The notes below the pieces were generated by a model. It saw only the letters and a list, made by a program, of their open reading frames with translations. It was not told the origin of the DNA and did no database searches. This document shows, piece by piece, positions 24,509-36,137 of a DNA stretch of 64,000 nucleotides (position 1 is the stretch's first letter; every line of letters starts with the position of its first letter). The DNA comes from Salisapilia sapeloensis CBS 127946 (lineage: Eukaryota; Protista; Oomycota), in contig JAADVB010000014.1 in NCBI GenBank assembly GCA_023334545.1, positions 62,001-126,000 of the forward strand, in the 5' to 3' direction. The translations under genes and the position numbers were made by a program.

Positions 24509-27055
24509 ATGCGTGCTTACGATGACAATGTTCGTAATACTGAAGGAGATGCAAAATCAAGGAAAGCTTCAAATAGGGAGACCGATTCAGGAGCTTCATT
24601 TGGCACGGAGCATATAGACGACGATTTTGTTCCTTCCAAACTATCTGCTGTCACCCCATTTCCGGCAATTTCTAATGCAAACGGGAAGATGATGCAACGT
24701 CTGGCTAGCCCATCTACTGTCATTCCACAAAACAACTTTACTTTCTTTGGCATCTTCGGATTTTATGGCCCTCCACTACTAGCCCTCACCATTGTGTGCA
24801 TCGTCTGGGTCATGTGGCTCATCACATTGAACATGTTTCCGAATGAGGCAGCCAATGTTCTGACGGGTACTTCAAACTATGATGATGGAGAATTTTGGCT
24901 AATTGGAAGGCCGGATCTGGGACTCATGGTGCTGAGTATTATCAGTTTGATACTAATCACCTTACTGTACGCTAAAGTGCTAGTTTTACTCGTCTTTCGG
25001 GGCGCGACCAAATCGAGCTTCAAGCAGCAGCATCGAATTATTCGAAAGAAATCTTATTTACACAGGCTTTCATTCCTACTACGCCCTATCAACGATGTTT
25101 TAGATTACGAGGGACCATATCGCCGCCTATGGGTAAGCATAGCTTTGTTCTATGTTAGTCCTGAATGCTTGATGACACAGCTGAATAAACTATTTGGTTA
25201 GAATATCGGTCAGGAAGTTTTCGATATTACATTGCAAGCGACAGCGCTCTATCGACTGATGGAGTCAGGTTCCCTCGAACTTATGTACGCTTGTGGAGCA
25301 TTGATTTTCTGCAATTCTATATCGTACGCTGGTTTAATAATGTGCGGGAGACGCGTATCGTCTTTTACTGAAGCTGTGATCGGACTCGTGTACGTACAAA
25401 TTTCTTTTGTCCAAAACAGCTATTCACTGTATTCTTTGTTTCCAGTTTTGACTCGACAGTCGCCATCGGATTCCCGATGACTGCGCTCTTCTTTTGCTAC
25501 TCAAGATTAAATTTGGATTACGATCTAATTGATTTGAACAACGAAGTAATTATGCCAGGCTACTTCGGTCGCATAGCTCGGCTCGCAGCTGATCCAATTC
25601 AAACAGCACGCTTTCTCGTTAGTTTTCAAGCCCTCTGCATTCGCCGTTTTTCCGATTTCGTTGTGCAAATAGCATTACACTTGTCTTCATCCTACCGTCT
25701 GATACGGATCACGGAGACTATGATATACAATGCGAAGAGCGTTACGACGACTGTGCAGCCGATGGCTGCGGACATCGGGAAGCGAAAACAACTAGAAGTA
25801 CCTCGAATAGCAGCGATCTTATTTGTAGCATGCGCTGCTCTTGCATTTATCGTTCCGATGGAGGCCGTGCGCTACTCTGAAGCTGCTTGCTCGCATCAGC
25901 ACGAGTGTGTCATTTTTGCCTATCGTTGGCAAAGAACAGAAACGTGTCCTTGTATAGGTCTTGTGGATATTGAAAGAGCACCCAAAAGTTATGAAGAATG
26001 GTTGCAACCCAAGGATGCCACGGAGACACTAAAAGAGTTGACACTGTCAGGGGATCTACAGATACTGAAAATCATTAATCGAGGTGTGAGGGAGTTACCG
26101 GAAGGAATGGCAGCCTGTACTAGCCTGCAGCAAGTGTACGTGAGGCTTTGCTGCTTTTGCCCTGAGTTCTCACATGGACATATTTTTAATAACTTGTAGG
26201 TACCTGATGTATACTGGACTTATGGAGATACCTGACTGGGCCAACGCACTCTCGAATATTGAAATACTGTACGTGAAATAGCTTGAAATATATACATCTA
26301 AAGTAGTAACTTTTACTTGTAGACACATCGAAGGCAAACTGGAAGATACCAATTTAGTTCACATTCCTCCAAACTTTTTCGACAACAAGCGTCGTCTTGT
26401 GTTCCTCCACCTTGGTGTACATCCTCAGCTCAAAAAGTTACCATCTTTTGATGGACTTATTAATCTTCGGACATTAACGCTTGTCCAATTCTACTCGCTT
26501 ACAAATCTGCCAACCTTCGAGAAGATGGGTAATTTAAAAGCGCTCGCAATTTTGGATGTGCCCAAACTACGAACTCTTCCTAGTCTCAACGCTGGGATCG
26601 AGTTAAAACAATTCGCAGTTATATTTCCTACTCCACTGTGCTGCAATGGATTCCTCGGAAAGTGTGAACTTGACCATCCGTACTGCCGAGGAGATTCTGC
26701 TGGTGGTGATTCTCAAGCTATATGCTTGCCTGCTAATGCCAGTAGAGCATCTCCAAAGATGTTAGGACTGTTTGACCAATTTAAAGAAACAGCGTGTTGG
26801 GTAGCTCGAGCGTCATACCAAGCTTCCATATCGGTCCCACTGAAAGAAAGCACGGAGATGTGCGGAGGTGTGATGTACAAAGAGTGCTACTTAAGCGTTG
26901 ATGCGCCACCATCAATTTGCTATAATCGCCGCTTGATGGCAATTTCGTGTATAGGCGATCCGATTTTTATTGAGCTACGCAAAAAGCAAATCCAAAGAAA
27001 GATCGGACGCCCATGTGATCCGGAAGTCGAATCCTGGCTAGGTTGCGAAGGATAG
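24509..27055 (+). CDS. Oomycete-type multi-pass membrane protein with LRR region and Cys-rich C-terminal domain ending WLGC (multi-exon)
   Basis: Several hydrophobic segments; family-like motif LNMFPNEAANVLTGTSNYDDGEFWL; CPCIGLVD; LRR-like LKKLPSFDGLINLRTLTL..LPTFEKMGNLKALAI; ends IQRKIGRPCDPEVESWLGCEG. ORF pieces are flanked by GT/AG sites. Confidence 0.8.
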
Positions 27056-27821
27056 ACGCCATTCTATAACTAAAAACTCTTGTTTTCACTTGTAATTTTT
27101 TGTTCGGCTGTTCTTTATTGAATTATTAACATTTATTTTTATACATAAATATAACTTTTACTTATTAATCTTCAAAGAGGTTCGAAAGTTTAAAGGTAAA
27201 TGCTTTTTATTAAGATGTAAGAATTAGATGATAGTCTACAAGTTTATTGAAGACGTACATGAAGCTCTTTAGTGATGCATCTGAAGGATTTGGGAAGACT
27301 CTACAAGGAAGGGTGAGGATCGAAGCTGGGTAGTAACATTTACCGTTTCAGTTATTCCCAACGTCCTATAGCAGTACCATTGGTACTAAAGCCAGCTACA
27401 GAACGTATAATTACTCAGATTGTGCTAAAATTGCAGCAAGATCCTGTACGTTGCGAAGATCGAAGAGGGTGAGGCGCCATGCCGTGGTGTACTTATTCAA
27501 AACCAATTGGTCCGTAGTGTTCCTCTGTATTGCAAGTGTACTAAATAATGTGACTTCATAGCTACCACAAACTAGAACTTTCCAGAGCAAGATCAACGTC
27601 CTAAGATCAAAGCATGTTCGAAATCGGATAGGTCTGCAGAAAATGACGTTGATCTGGTAAAACCAGTCAAGCCGAACAAATTGGTTGACGTTTTCGACTA
27701 GCATATATAGTATCTTTGCAGTGTTGTACATGCAAACAAAGTGCAAATCAGTGAGCGCGACGGGAGAACAAATGATAACGATATCGAAAAAGAAGATAGT
27801 CTATATCGTATGTTATGCTAT

Positions 27822-29490
27822 CTACTCGATGCAACTATTGCCGCGTGAACCGTCCAGAGGAATAAGCCAGCAGTGAGGATTATGTGCACCTCCTTGCACA
27901 GTCTTCGTCGGATCCAGGTCAAACTTCCACTTGTCGTCGAAAGTCACGAAGCGAAGTTTCATTTGATCCTCGGCGAAAAACAGTTCAAAGAAGCCATACG
28001 GCGCATTTTCTCCACGCCATATCGGTGAAATCACATCTTTCGCTGTTGTTGGTGGATTTCCCATACTCTCACTTTGAATTCCTCCTCCAGCCCCATTCGT
28101 AACGAAATGCGTATTAAAATTACCAAAGTCGTGGCCTTCGGCTGCATCGTATAAATCAATCACCTATCATTTTAAATTAACTATTTAAAAACGTACCATG
28201 GATATGTCCTGCCATGTAGAGCTGAATGTTGCCTTCTTCCATCACAGAATCCCATCTCTTCATTTCCTCTGGTGTCATGTGGTAATGTGGCGTGTAGTGC
28301 GTATTGACGACTTTCCACGTTGCCGTTGAGGTAGCGGCATCACGTGCTAGATTAGCAATTGATTCTTCCTGCCATTCTTTAATTAGATTGAGGCAGCGAT
28401 CAAATGCTTCATCGTCTCCATTCGCGCAATACTTGTGTCCACGGTGTATATCATTGCAATCGATTGAATCCGGCTCATCGTCTTTAAATTTGTACCCATA
28501 GCATTGGCAACAAATTTGTTCACCTCCATGGACAGTTGCTGCATTAGTGTCAAGCTATTATGACATGTCAACAACGTAAATGATGTGTCATAAAAGTGAA
28601 AAGATGGCACTGAAACGTACATTGAATACGTCAACAGTAACTCCACTAGTTGAATCTTCTAAGCGTTCAACAAAGTAATGACCGCTCATCTTCCACCGAT
28701 TATTTGTAGGACTTATGTAGTTCGCTTGCACTGTGAACCTATTGCTTAATTGCTTAAGCATCTCCTCAGTAGTTTTGCATTCTTTCCAGGAGCCCTCTCC
28801 TTCACCACATATAAAGTTGGAACCCCCAAGATCATGGTTTCCAGCGACACTTAACCATGGAACCTCTTCCAATGAAGCTTGATTATAAACGCTTTCAAAT
28901 GTCGTCTCGAAACGATCTACAACGTCCGAGGGGCCGACTCCATTCCAGTAAAAGTTATCACCATGGTTCAGTATAGCCTTCGGTTGCAATTTTTCAGCAG
29001 ACTGCGATAAGAGATAGGCTAGTTGAGGTTGCGCCTGACGATCCTTGAAATACTCTTCAGTATCTTCGCCAGTTTTGCGGTAACGATTACAACAAGAACC
29101 GAGGAACCGCTCCATGCCCCAATCACCAATGGCGAGAGCATGAACGTCGTATTTGGATTTGTCTTTTAAAAAAGCAGCAGCTGTGCCACTACTAGTAGAA
29201 GACCCATCGTTGGAAGACTTTAAAGATGATGCGATACTAGACGAGTCAGCCGAACCGCTTGATTCAAAGTTTGATGTATCTTCGTTCGCCTGTGTGCTTC
29301 CATCACAGTTAAAACCGAAAAATGCTGTAGCGTGCTTATTCCGGCAGACCACATCTGAAATTGAGTCGCCGTTTGTGGTAACTGCAGCTAGACTTCGATG
29401 ATCATAGTCGGATAGGTGTTCACTACGAAGTTCAAATGCTATACTGCAGGTGCTCACACCCAGAAGCGCAGAAATAACCACTTTCTTCAT
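27822..29490 (-). CDS. Secreted calcineurin-like metallophosphoesterase (purple/tartrate-resistant acid phosphatase type), 3 exons
   Basis: Signal peptide-like MKKVVISALLGVSTCSIA. All five purple-acid-phosphatase metal-ligand motifs appear after splicing: IGDWG, HGDNFY, AGNHD, VNTH, AGHIH; also FVTNGAGGG. Confidence 0.9.
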
Positions 29491-29728
29491 ATCCGCAGAA
29501 GTGGATCAAAGCTAAAATGAGTCCCACATCACTCTGCAAGTAAGAGTAGTTTCGATAAATTTATATGCCATTGACAGAGATGAAACCTCCCATTGCGGTC
29601 GTTTTGTCTCGTGTGCTCTTGCGGCTACACTTAGATCTGAAACGAATGATATGCGATAAGTTTAGAGCGCTCGCTACTCATGATAACGGATACAATAGCT
29701 GTTGGTCGACGTAGGTTATCTGGGAGTC

Positions 29729-31178
29729 ATGAGTGGCAACGAGAGTCCTTCCCCATCGCTCCGTCTTCTGGATGATCTACTTGGTGTCATCCTGCTAGCA
29801 GCCACTGTCGTGTTCATCGGCACAATTGAACTAACAAGACGCAAAGTTTGCAAACTGTACCAATTCACCTTTGGGCTTTCAGCAACTTACGCGATTTTTG
29901 TTGGTGGTGGACTCATCGACCGATACACGGTGGATGAACAGCTTGCTTTAGCGCTATATACGGCTTATATTCCCCCTGCCGTCCCCTTCCATCCAGTATT
30001 GCTGTCTATTGTTTCCATGGTACCAGCCGCAATAACTGCCCGATCGTGCTCTTGTCCTTGTTGTGCTGACAACAAAAGCAAACGACCACACAAGGATTGT
30101 TTTGTACGTCGCGTGAAGGATTGCTTTCCGTTATACTTGTCCTTAGCAATCTTTCTGATGGTGGTGATTGGCATGCGGTTAAACGCTCGATTACGTCAAT
30201 CAGCAGTGGAACCTGTGAACGGTACAGTCCACTGGCTGATGTTTAAATCCCCGTTCTATTTGACAATAGCCCATGTCGGAAGTGTCCTGCTTGTGGCGCT
30301 CAAACTGATTCTTCAACGAGTACATCTTCTAATTTATTGCAGCTCTATCGAATAGACAATCTTACGATTCGGATCTTTCATCCAACCATGTAGGCCGGAC
30401 ACCACTGTCCGAACGATAGTAGTGGAAGCAGCGCTGAAGAGAGTCGGGCTTTCGAGAGCTCCGACAATTATACGGATTCAGGACAAGACCTAGAAGAGAA
30501 GATGCTGAATCAGCAAGCACAAGTCTGTGGCTTTGTTTTGTAAATCCCTATGATATTATCTCATCCTGACGTGCATCATAGTCTGCCTCACTTCGACGTC
30601 GAAATCGGCCCAGATCCCGACCGATAAGTGAGATTGCTCATGAGCATACAGTCAGAAATACTACGACAGGACTTCGAAAAAGTGGTGATGAAGTACCTGA
30701 AGAGGACGATGACGTGCTCTCATCCCTCGCTTCCAGCTACGTTCCACTAGATAAGGTCAACAAGAAGCTGGAGCTACCGAATCAAGCATCTAACTACCGT
30801 CAGAATATGATCAAGTCTAACTTTTCGAAGGGCGTACAACGAGCGTCATCTAACCAAGCTCCATCGCCACCTCGAGTGTTTAGTGGCATGTGGAGTGAAA
30901 ACGAAGATGAGTCGGCGTCAATTACCTCTAGCGGTACTGGAGCTGGGTATCAGAGTGACTCGACATTTGCACTCGGGTATTCGAATGCACTACGACGTCG
31001 GTATGGCAGACAAATTTCAAGCGGCCGATATAATCAAAATCCTTACACTGGTGGACCACGCCCGCCACAGGACGGTCTCAGGAAAGAAGCCTCTGAGTGG
31101 GTCGAGTACTTTGACAACCAATCTGGACGGAACTATCTCTACAATCATCGTACAGCTGAATCAAAGTGGGCGAGCTAA
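29729..31178 (+). CDS. Uncharacterised multi-pass membrane protein with cytosolic tail ending in a WW domain (3 exons)
   Basis: 4-5 hydrophobic segments in 29729-30318. Introns GTACAT..CCATGTAG and GTCTGT..CATCATAG keep the frame into ORF 30714..31178, which ends SEWVEYFDNQSGRNYLYNHRTAESKW (WW signature W..YLYN..W). Confidence 0.7.
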
Positions 31179-31283
31179 TCGATTTCAGCCATATTCATAT
31201 GCCTGATAGGTAAGCAAATTCTATAAAGGTGAATAGATTGATTTATACGAGTAAAAGACTTGTATTTATCGCTTGATTTGCTT

Positions 31284-34200
31284 CTACACTTTCCCGACAT
31301 ACCGATAGTTCAGCTTGTAGCTGTTGTCGAGATTCTTGAGCAGCGATTTGCCTGTTGCGTCAAGCGCAGCGTACAATTGCTCCTTTTCATTCGTCGAACA
31401 GATATCAAGCAGAACAAAGATGCCTGGACGTAATCGATGTTGTAGCTTCGTTGGCAAGTCCTCTTTCTCTGCAGCCCGTACGTAGCTCAAAATCATGTAC
31501 ACGACGTGCTTTCGGACTTGTACGTCATGGGCTTTGAGATACCCGTACAAACGCGCCAAGTTAGAGCTCCACTCCTGGACGTATTGCTCTTCCGTAGTGG
31601 CACTAGCTTCGTTAGCAAAAGAGTGATTTCTTACACGTTTTCTCGATGTTGTAACGACAATTTGCAGCAACGAGTTGACTGCCTCGACTATAAGAGGTAT
31701 GGCATGTACCATTGATGAAAGGTGGTGGCGCACAATACGCATGAGCAAAGAGTAGGAAGACATCCAAATGACGTGCAGTTGCCGGATGGATAGCTTCGAC
31801 TGCCGTCTCTGCTGACTCGAAGCAACCGAAGAAAGAGGCTGCAAGACTAATGAAACATGTGCAAGCTCTTCTGAAGTCCAAGAGAAAAGCTCTGGTGTTG
31901 TGTAAACCAGTGATAGCGCCTGCAACGACCATAAGCACACGTCGATGTTTCGTTCTTCATTGCTAGACGCCAGTAAGAGTGACATGATTGACTCCATCAA
32001 TGCAGTTTTAAAGTCCTGCAATGACTTTTTCCGAGACGTCGTAAGCTCTCTCTTTTCACCTTGCAGCAGTACCACAAGAGTACGAAGGGCAGCAACTACT
32101 CTACTCGCTTCTTGCGCACGGATCTCTTGTCCGATTACCGTCAAGGCGAGTTGGAACTCGGTCTTGTTAGCATTAAAAAGCAGTGCTTGCAGCGGACGTA
32201 CACGCACCTCTTCTTCCTCCAGTACGGAAGGATCTGCTACGCGGAACATGGCAACAGCAAGAAGACAGCTAAACATGGTCGGCGAGCAGATAGAGCGGAT
32301 TGTGTGGTAGTGTTTACAAGTAGCCTCAAACAACGCTACGTAATGAGTGAAAATTTCGTCATCTCCTTGAACTCTCGGAGACGTCAAAGACTGGAGAGCT
32401 GCATTTAGCGATGATTCGAGATTAGATTTCACGATATGGCCGAGTGGGCTGTCTTCGGCACTTATACCAAGTGTCGACATAGAAGTACAATACCGAACAA
32501 GTGCAGACATCAATGCAAACTCATTCGTATGACCACTCGTGGGATAACCTTCCGGTCCAAGGCCTTTCGACACTTCTGCTATAATGGATTGCTCCACATC
32601 ATTAATAGTGCCACCGGCTTCGCTCTCTTGAGTGCGCTCAATGTTTGCAAGTGCTTCCAAGACCAGAGTGATGTTCTGAATAGCACCATGTGACTTTCCT
32701 TTCTTCTTAGGACGCACAAAACTCTTTACTGCCGATGCTATCTTCGTCTCTGGAGAAGCACACTCGTATAAGTGGAATTGTAGGATGCAAGCAAGCATCG
32801 CAATTTGAGAAGCTTTATGCGCATCCGCTTGGAAATAAACGATGAACTTGTAAGCACGATCGTCCACGTCTTGTGCTGCAGTCTCATCTGCGTAGGTTCG
32901 AATTGGTAGGTAATTGTCTACGAGCCATTGAAGGATCTGTGCTGTAGTTGCTGCACTCTCTTCCATCTCGACCAAGTTATTTGTAGCTTCGAAAGACTCA
33001 AAGCCAAGGCGCAAGAGATCCGCGCACTCCTCCGCAGGTAGATAGCCCTCCGGTAGACTTCGCAATAAGCCAAAGTATCTGTCCAGCATCACGAGCGCTG
33101 TATTTTTTTCATCTGTAGACGCTTGTGTCAGGTTCTTTAAGCATGTATCGCCCATTTTCACGAGTACAGGAGAAGCAACGTTCCTGAGAGCTTGAATCTC
33201 GTAAAAGGCAGCAGCCTGTAGAATATTCATTGCAGTCACATCCCGACCAAGGTACTTTTCAAGCAGTGACTGCAACAGTAGCTTGGCACGTGACTGTGAT
33301 AGGTACGTTGTGAGCTCCCATAAATAAAACGTAATGGCCTCCCAGCTATCCGACTTGACAGCAAACGTAACAACGGCGTCTGCAATTTCGGCATGATTCG
33401 TCATCATCTCATCTTCTTTACGAAGGAAATGAATGCCGATTTTAATAAGACCGGATTCGTAAGTGTCTTTCTGATTGTCATTGCCACGGCCTGAACTTTT
33501 CTTTTTGGATGTCGATTGCAACAGCTTTTGGATACTGGTAGCAAACGTACCGCTTGACTGAAGAGCATGCAATGTTGGATCAAACACTTCTTTTTGCACC
33601 ACACTACTCACATCGTCGTACAATACCAAGAGCTCACCAAACACTGCCAGCAGCTCTTTCACTTCCAAATGGGCTTTTGACGGATGCTTCATGGCTTTTT
33701 CGCTCATTGCTACCAGGGGATCAAACAAATTCTCCTTTGTGGATGTCGTCAAGAGAGTCTCCAGTTTCTTTCGCGTCTGTGGAGTGATCTGGATCTCTTG
33801 CATCAATGCCTGAAGAACGACGCGAACGACGCGAACTTTACTAGCAAACGAACTGCCCCTTACTTTCTCTTTCGTCTGTAAATGCTCGGCGCACAACTCC
33901 CACACAGCATCGATTTGACCGACAGGTAATCTCCGCATACATCCACGCAGGGCTTCATCACATTTATCCTGTCTCAATAGGGTGTAAAGACCAGCGTACA
34001 CTTCATCAGACGCAGCTTCGAGACCAAAGATCGCTTCGAAAAGCTTGTCGAGCAGTCGCATCGACTCATACGCTTCTAAAACATTTTGCCAACAAGAACA
34101 AGCTGCTGGTAGGACAGTACCAGACGATACGTTGTGTCCAAGTACCACCAGTACAGACGTCAAAGACTTCTCGAGAACATTTGGAGAGGCTCGAAGGGCG

Positions 34201-35855
34201 TTGGCGATTACCGCAAACTGGCCTGCCGCTTCCCGATCTTCATTTTGAACAAGCTCCAAGAAGTTTCTCGTGATCTTTTCCATCTTTGTATAATGGTTTT
34301 GGTCACCAGTGTCTTCTGTCACGCGATAGATCTCGCAATTTGCCAGGGCCTGGAACAAGGAGTCGTACAGCTGTACCAAAACACTCTTGTGGCTCTTTTT
34401 GCAGCCGACGACGGCGGCAGCGCAGAGTTCTGCCCAAAACTTAAATGGCGATCGTGTAGAAGATGTTGCGCCAATGACAGTTGCAGATCGCTTTTTGTTG
34501 GATTTGAAATGTTCCGACGTACTTCCTTCACCTTTGTACGAGCGAAGGCGGACAGTATACTCACTGGCTAGTACATCTAACAAACTTCCTACCGAAGCTT
34601 TCATACCGTCCGTGTTTGCTTCGTCTTGAAGTAGGTTCACTAGCTCTTGAAACAGACCTCGCTGGTAAGAAAGTAAGGAGGGCTTGCCAGACTTTTTACC
34701 ACTTTTCTTTTGCTTTTTCGTTGGCGGGTCGGAGTTTTCTTCAGCGACCTCTTCGGAAGTAGTCCAGAGCGTGTCTTGGAGCTCTAGTGCAGCTTCATAT
34801 TCTGGAATGTGCTCACTATCCAGCAGTATGCCGACAAAAGTTTTATTAATCATATCCACATTGGCTGACAATGCATCTCCATCGAGATATGAAGTTTGGC
34901 TGTCTGCAGCAGTCATGAGCTCAAGGAACGAATGTCGATAATTGACTAAAGTCGTCATCCAGGTTTTGGTCAAGGCTACAAACACCTTCTTACTGTTGAG
35001 TTGCGTACGCAGCAATTCGTGCAAGACACATAAGAAGGCATGCGTTAATTGCAATACCATCATGCACGTCATAGCGTTCTTTTGATGACTTTCCTCTAGC
35101 CATGACAACAAGCTCGGCATGATCTTGTCCATAAATTCTTTCCACGTATTTGTCTGTGGACGGTACAGTTGAAAGCTTGGCAACATTTTGGAATGGAAGA
35201 ACTCGGAAGTCACCAGCGTGGTCGGTAGCTCGAACAGGTACAAAGAGATAAGGCGGACATCAGCAAGTGTTTCGTTCCATGATGAATCATCATCTTTCGC
35301 TGAAGCTAGCGCACTCGCCATCGCATCTAGCAGAGAGTTTCCAGCACTGAGTGGGATCGTCATCTTAGTATTGGGATCCACGTCGTGTTCACTGTTGGCA
35401 AATGCAGTTTCAAGAGTTTCTAGACTGTAACGTAGAAGGCGCAGTGCATCTGGCTGAAGACTCTTGCTTTTGCCAGTCATAGCAAGCGCGAATTGCATGC
35501 CTTCAGTTGGAATCTGGTGCCAAGACACATTCAATTCGGTAGCCAGTCGTTCGAGTGCATGTTGTTCGAGTCCTCGAGTTTGACTAGATAGCAGCTGCAG
35601 TCCTGCTGATAGAATCCTTCTATCATTTTCAACCTGACGCTTTGCTTGACGCCAACGCAATAACAAGAAAGCAGCCTGGCGAGACGCGACGCCTTCGCAC
35701 TCCTCGCTGGTCATCGTCCTACCACTTGTTGTTTTGTTTGGTTGTCGGTGCTCGACGTTTGATTGGTGGAATCTGACGTTATCATATCTGACCTTTACTT
35801 CCACCAAACTACAGCATAGTTCACAAAGTGGTCGCATGCTATTTTGGTCTTTCAT
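31284..35855 (-). CDS. URB2: URB2/Npa2 nucleolar ribosome biogenesis protein (single exon; start may be at a downstream Met)
   Basis: 1,523 aa helical ORF with a C-terminal Urb2-type region: LARLYGYL..VRKHVVYMILSYV..LRPGIFVLLDICS..EQLYAALDATGKSLLKNLDNSYKLNYRYVGKV. Confidence 0.85.
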   Translation of the reverse strand: MKDQNSMRPLCELCCSLVEVKVRYDNVRFHQSNVEHRQPNKTTSGRTMTSEECEGVASRQAAFLLLRWRQAKRQVENDRRILSAGLQLLSSQTRGLEQHALERLATELNVSWHQIPTEGMQFALAMTGKSKSLQPDALRLLRYSLETLETAFANSEHDVDPNTKMTIPLSAGNSLLDAMASALASAKDDDSSWNETLADVRLISLYLFELPTTLVTSEFFHSKMLPSFQLYRPQTNTWKEFMDKIMPSLLSWLEESHQKNAMTCMMVLQLTHAFLCVLHELLRTQLNSKKVFVALTKTWMTTLVNYRHSFLELMTAADSQTSYLDGDALSANVDMINKTFVGILLDSEHIPEYEAALELQDTLWTTSEEVAEENSDPPTKKQKKSGKKSGKPSLLSYQRGLFQELVNLLQDEANTDGMKASVGSLLDVLASEYTVRLRSYKGEGSTSEHFKSNKKRSATVIGATSSTRSPFKFWAELCAAAVVGCKKSHKSVLVQLYDSLFQALANCEIYRVTEDTGDQNHYTKMEKITRNFLELVQNEDREAAGQFAVIANALRASPNVLEKSLTSVLVVLGHNVSSGTVLPAACSCWQNVLEAYESMRLLDKLFEAIFGLEAASDEVYAGLYTLLRQDKCDEALRGCMRRLPVGQIDAVWELCAEHLQTKEKVRGSSFASKVRVVRVVLQALMQEIQITPQTRKKLETLLTTSTKENLFDPLVAMSEKAMKHPSKAHLEVKELLAVFGELLVLYDDVSSVVQKEVFDPTLHALQSSGTFATSIQKLLQSTSKKKSSGRGNDNQKDTYESGLIKIGIHFLRKEDEMMTNHAEIADAVVTFAVKSDSWEAITFYLWELTTYLSQSRAKLLLQSLLEKYLGRDVTAMNILQAAAFYEIQALRNVASPVLVKMGDTCLKNLTQASTDEKNTALVMLDRYFGLLRSLPEGYLPAEECADLLRLGFESFEATNNLVEMEESAATTAQILQWLVDNYLPIRTYADETAAQDVDDRAYKFIVYFQADAHKASQIAMLACILQFHLYECASPETKIASAVKSFVRPKKKGKSHGAIQNITLVLEALANIERTQESEAGGTINDVEQSIIAEVSKGLGPEGYPTSGHTNEFALMSALVRYCTSMSTLGISAEDSPLGHIVKSNLESSLNAALQSLTSPRVQGDDEIFTHYVALFEATCKHYHTIRSICSPTMFSCLLAVAMFRVADPSVLEEEEVRVRPLQALLFNANKTEFQLALTVIGQEIRAQEASRVVAALRTLVVLLQGEKRELTTSRKKSLQDFKTALMESIMSLLLASSNEERNIDVCLWSLQALSLVYTTPELFSWTSEELAHVSLVLQPLSSVASSQQRRQSKLSIRQLHVIWMSSYSLLMRIVRHHLSSMVHAIPLIVEAVNSLLQIVVTTSRKRVRNHSFANEASATTEEQYVQEWSSNLARLYGYLKAHDVQVRKHVVYMILSYVRAAEKEDLPTKLQHRLRPGIFVLLDICSTNEKEQLYAALDATGKSLLKNLDNSYKLNYRYVGKV

Positions 35856-36137
35856 TTTGACGGCACTGCGCTGGGCGAAGTTTTTATCGGTATAAAGACT
35901 GCCAAAACCTTTGCGTGAATTCGTATAGCGATCAAGCTGGACTCGAACAATAAATCAACTTGTCGGTGTGGCCAAACGTGGTCGGACCCGAACGTCCAGC
36001 ACTTTTGCCAGCTAATCCATAACGAGACTCGATTTGATCACACACACACCATCGGTCCTGAAAAGCAAGAAAACGAGATTGAATATAAATTGCCTAGCCC
36101 GATTGAGAAGAACTCTCAAAACAATTATAATTTTGTA

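Noticed and set aside
27430-27550. Plus-strand peptide APCRGVLIQNQLVRSVPLYC, faintly like a trypsin N-terminal motif
   Set aside because: Short, bounded by stops, lacks the TAAHC catalytic His; probably chance.
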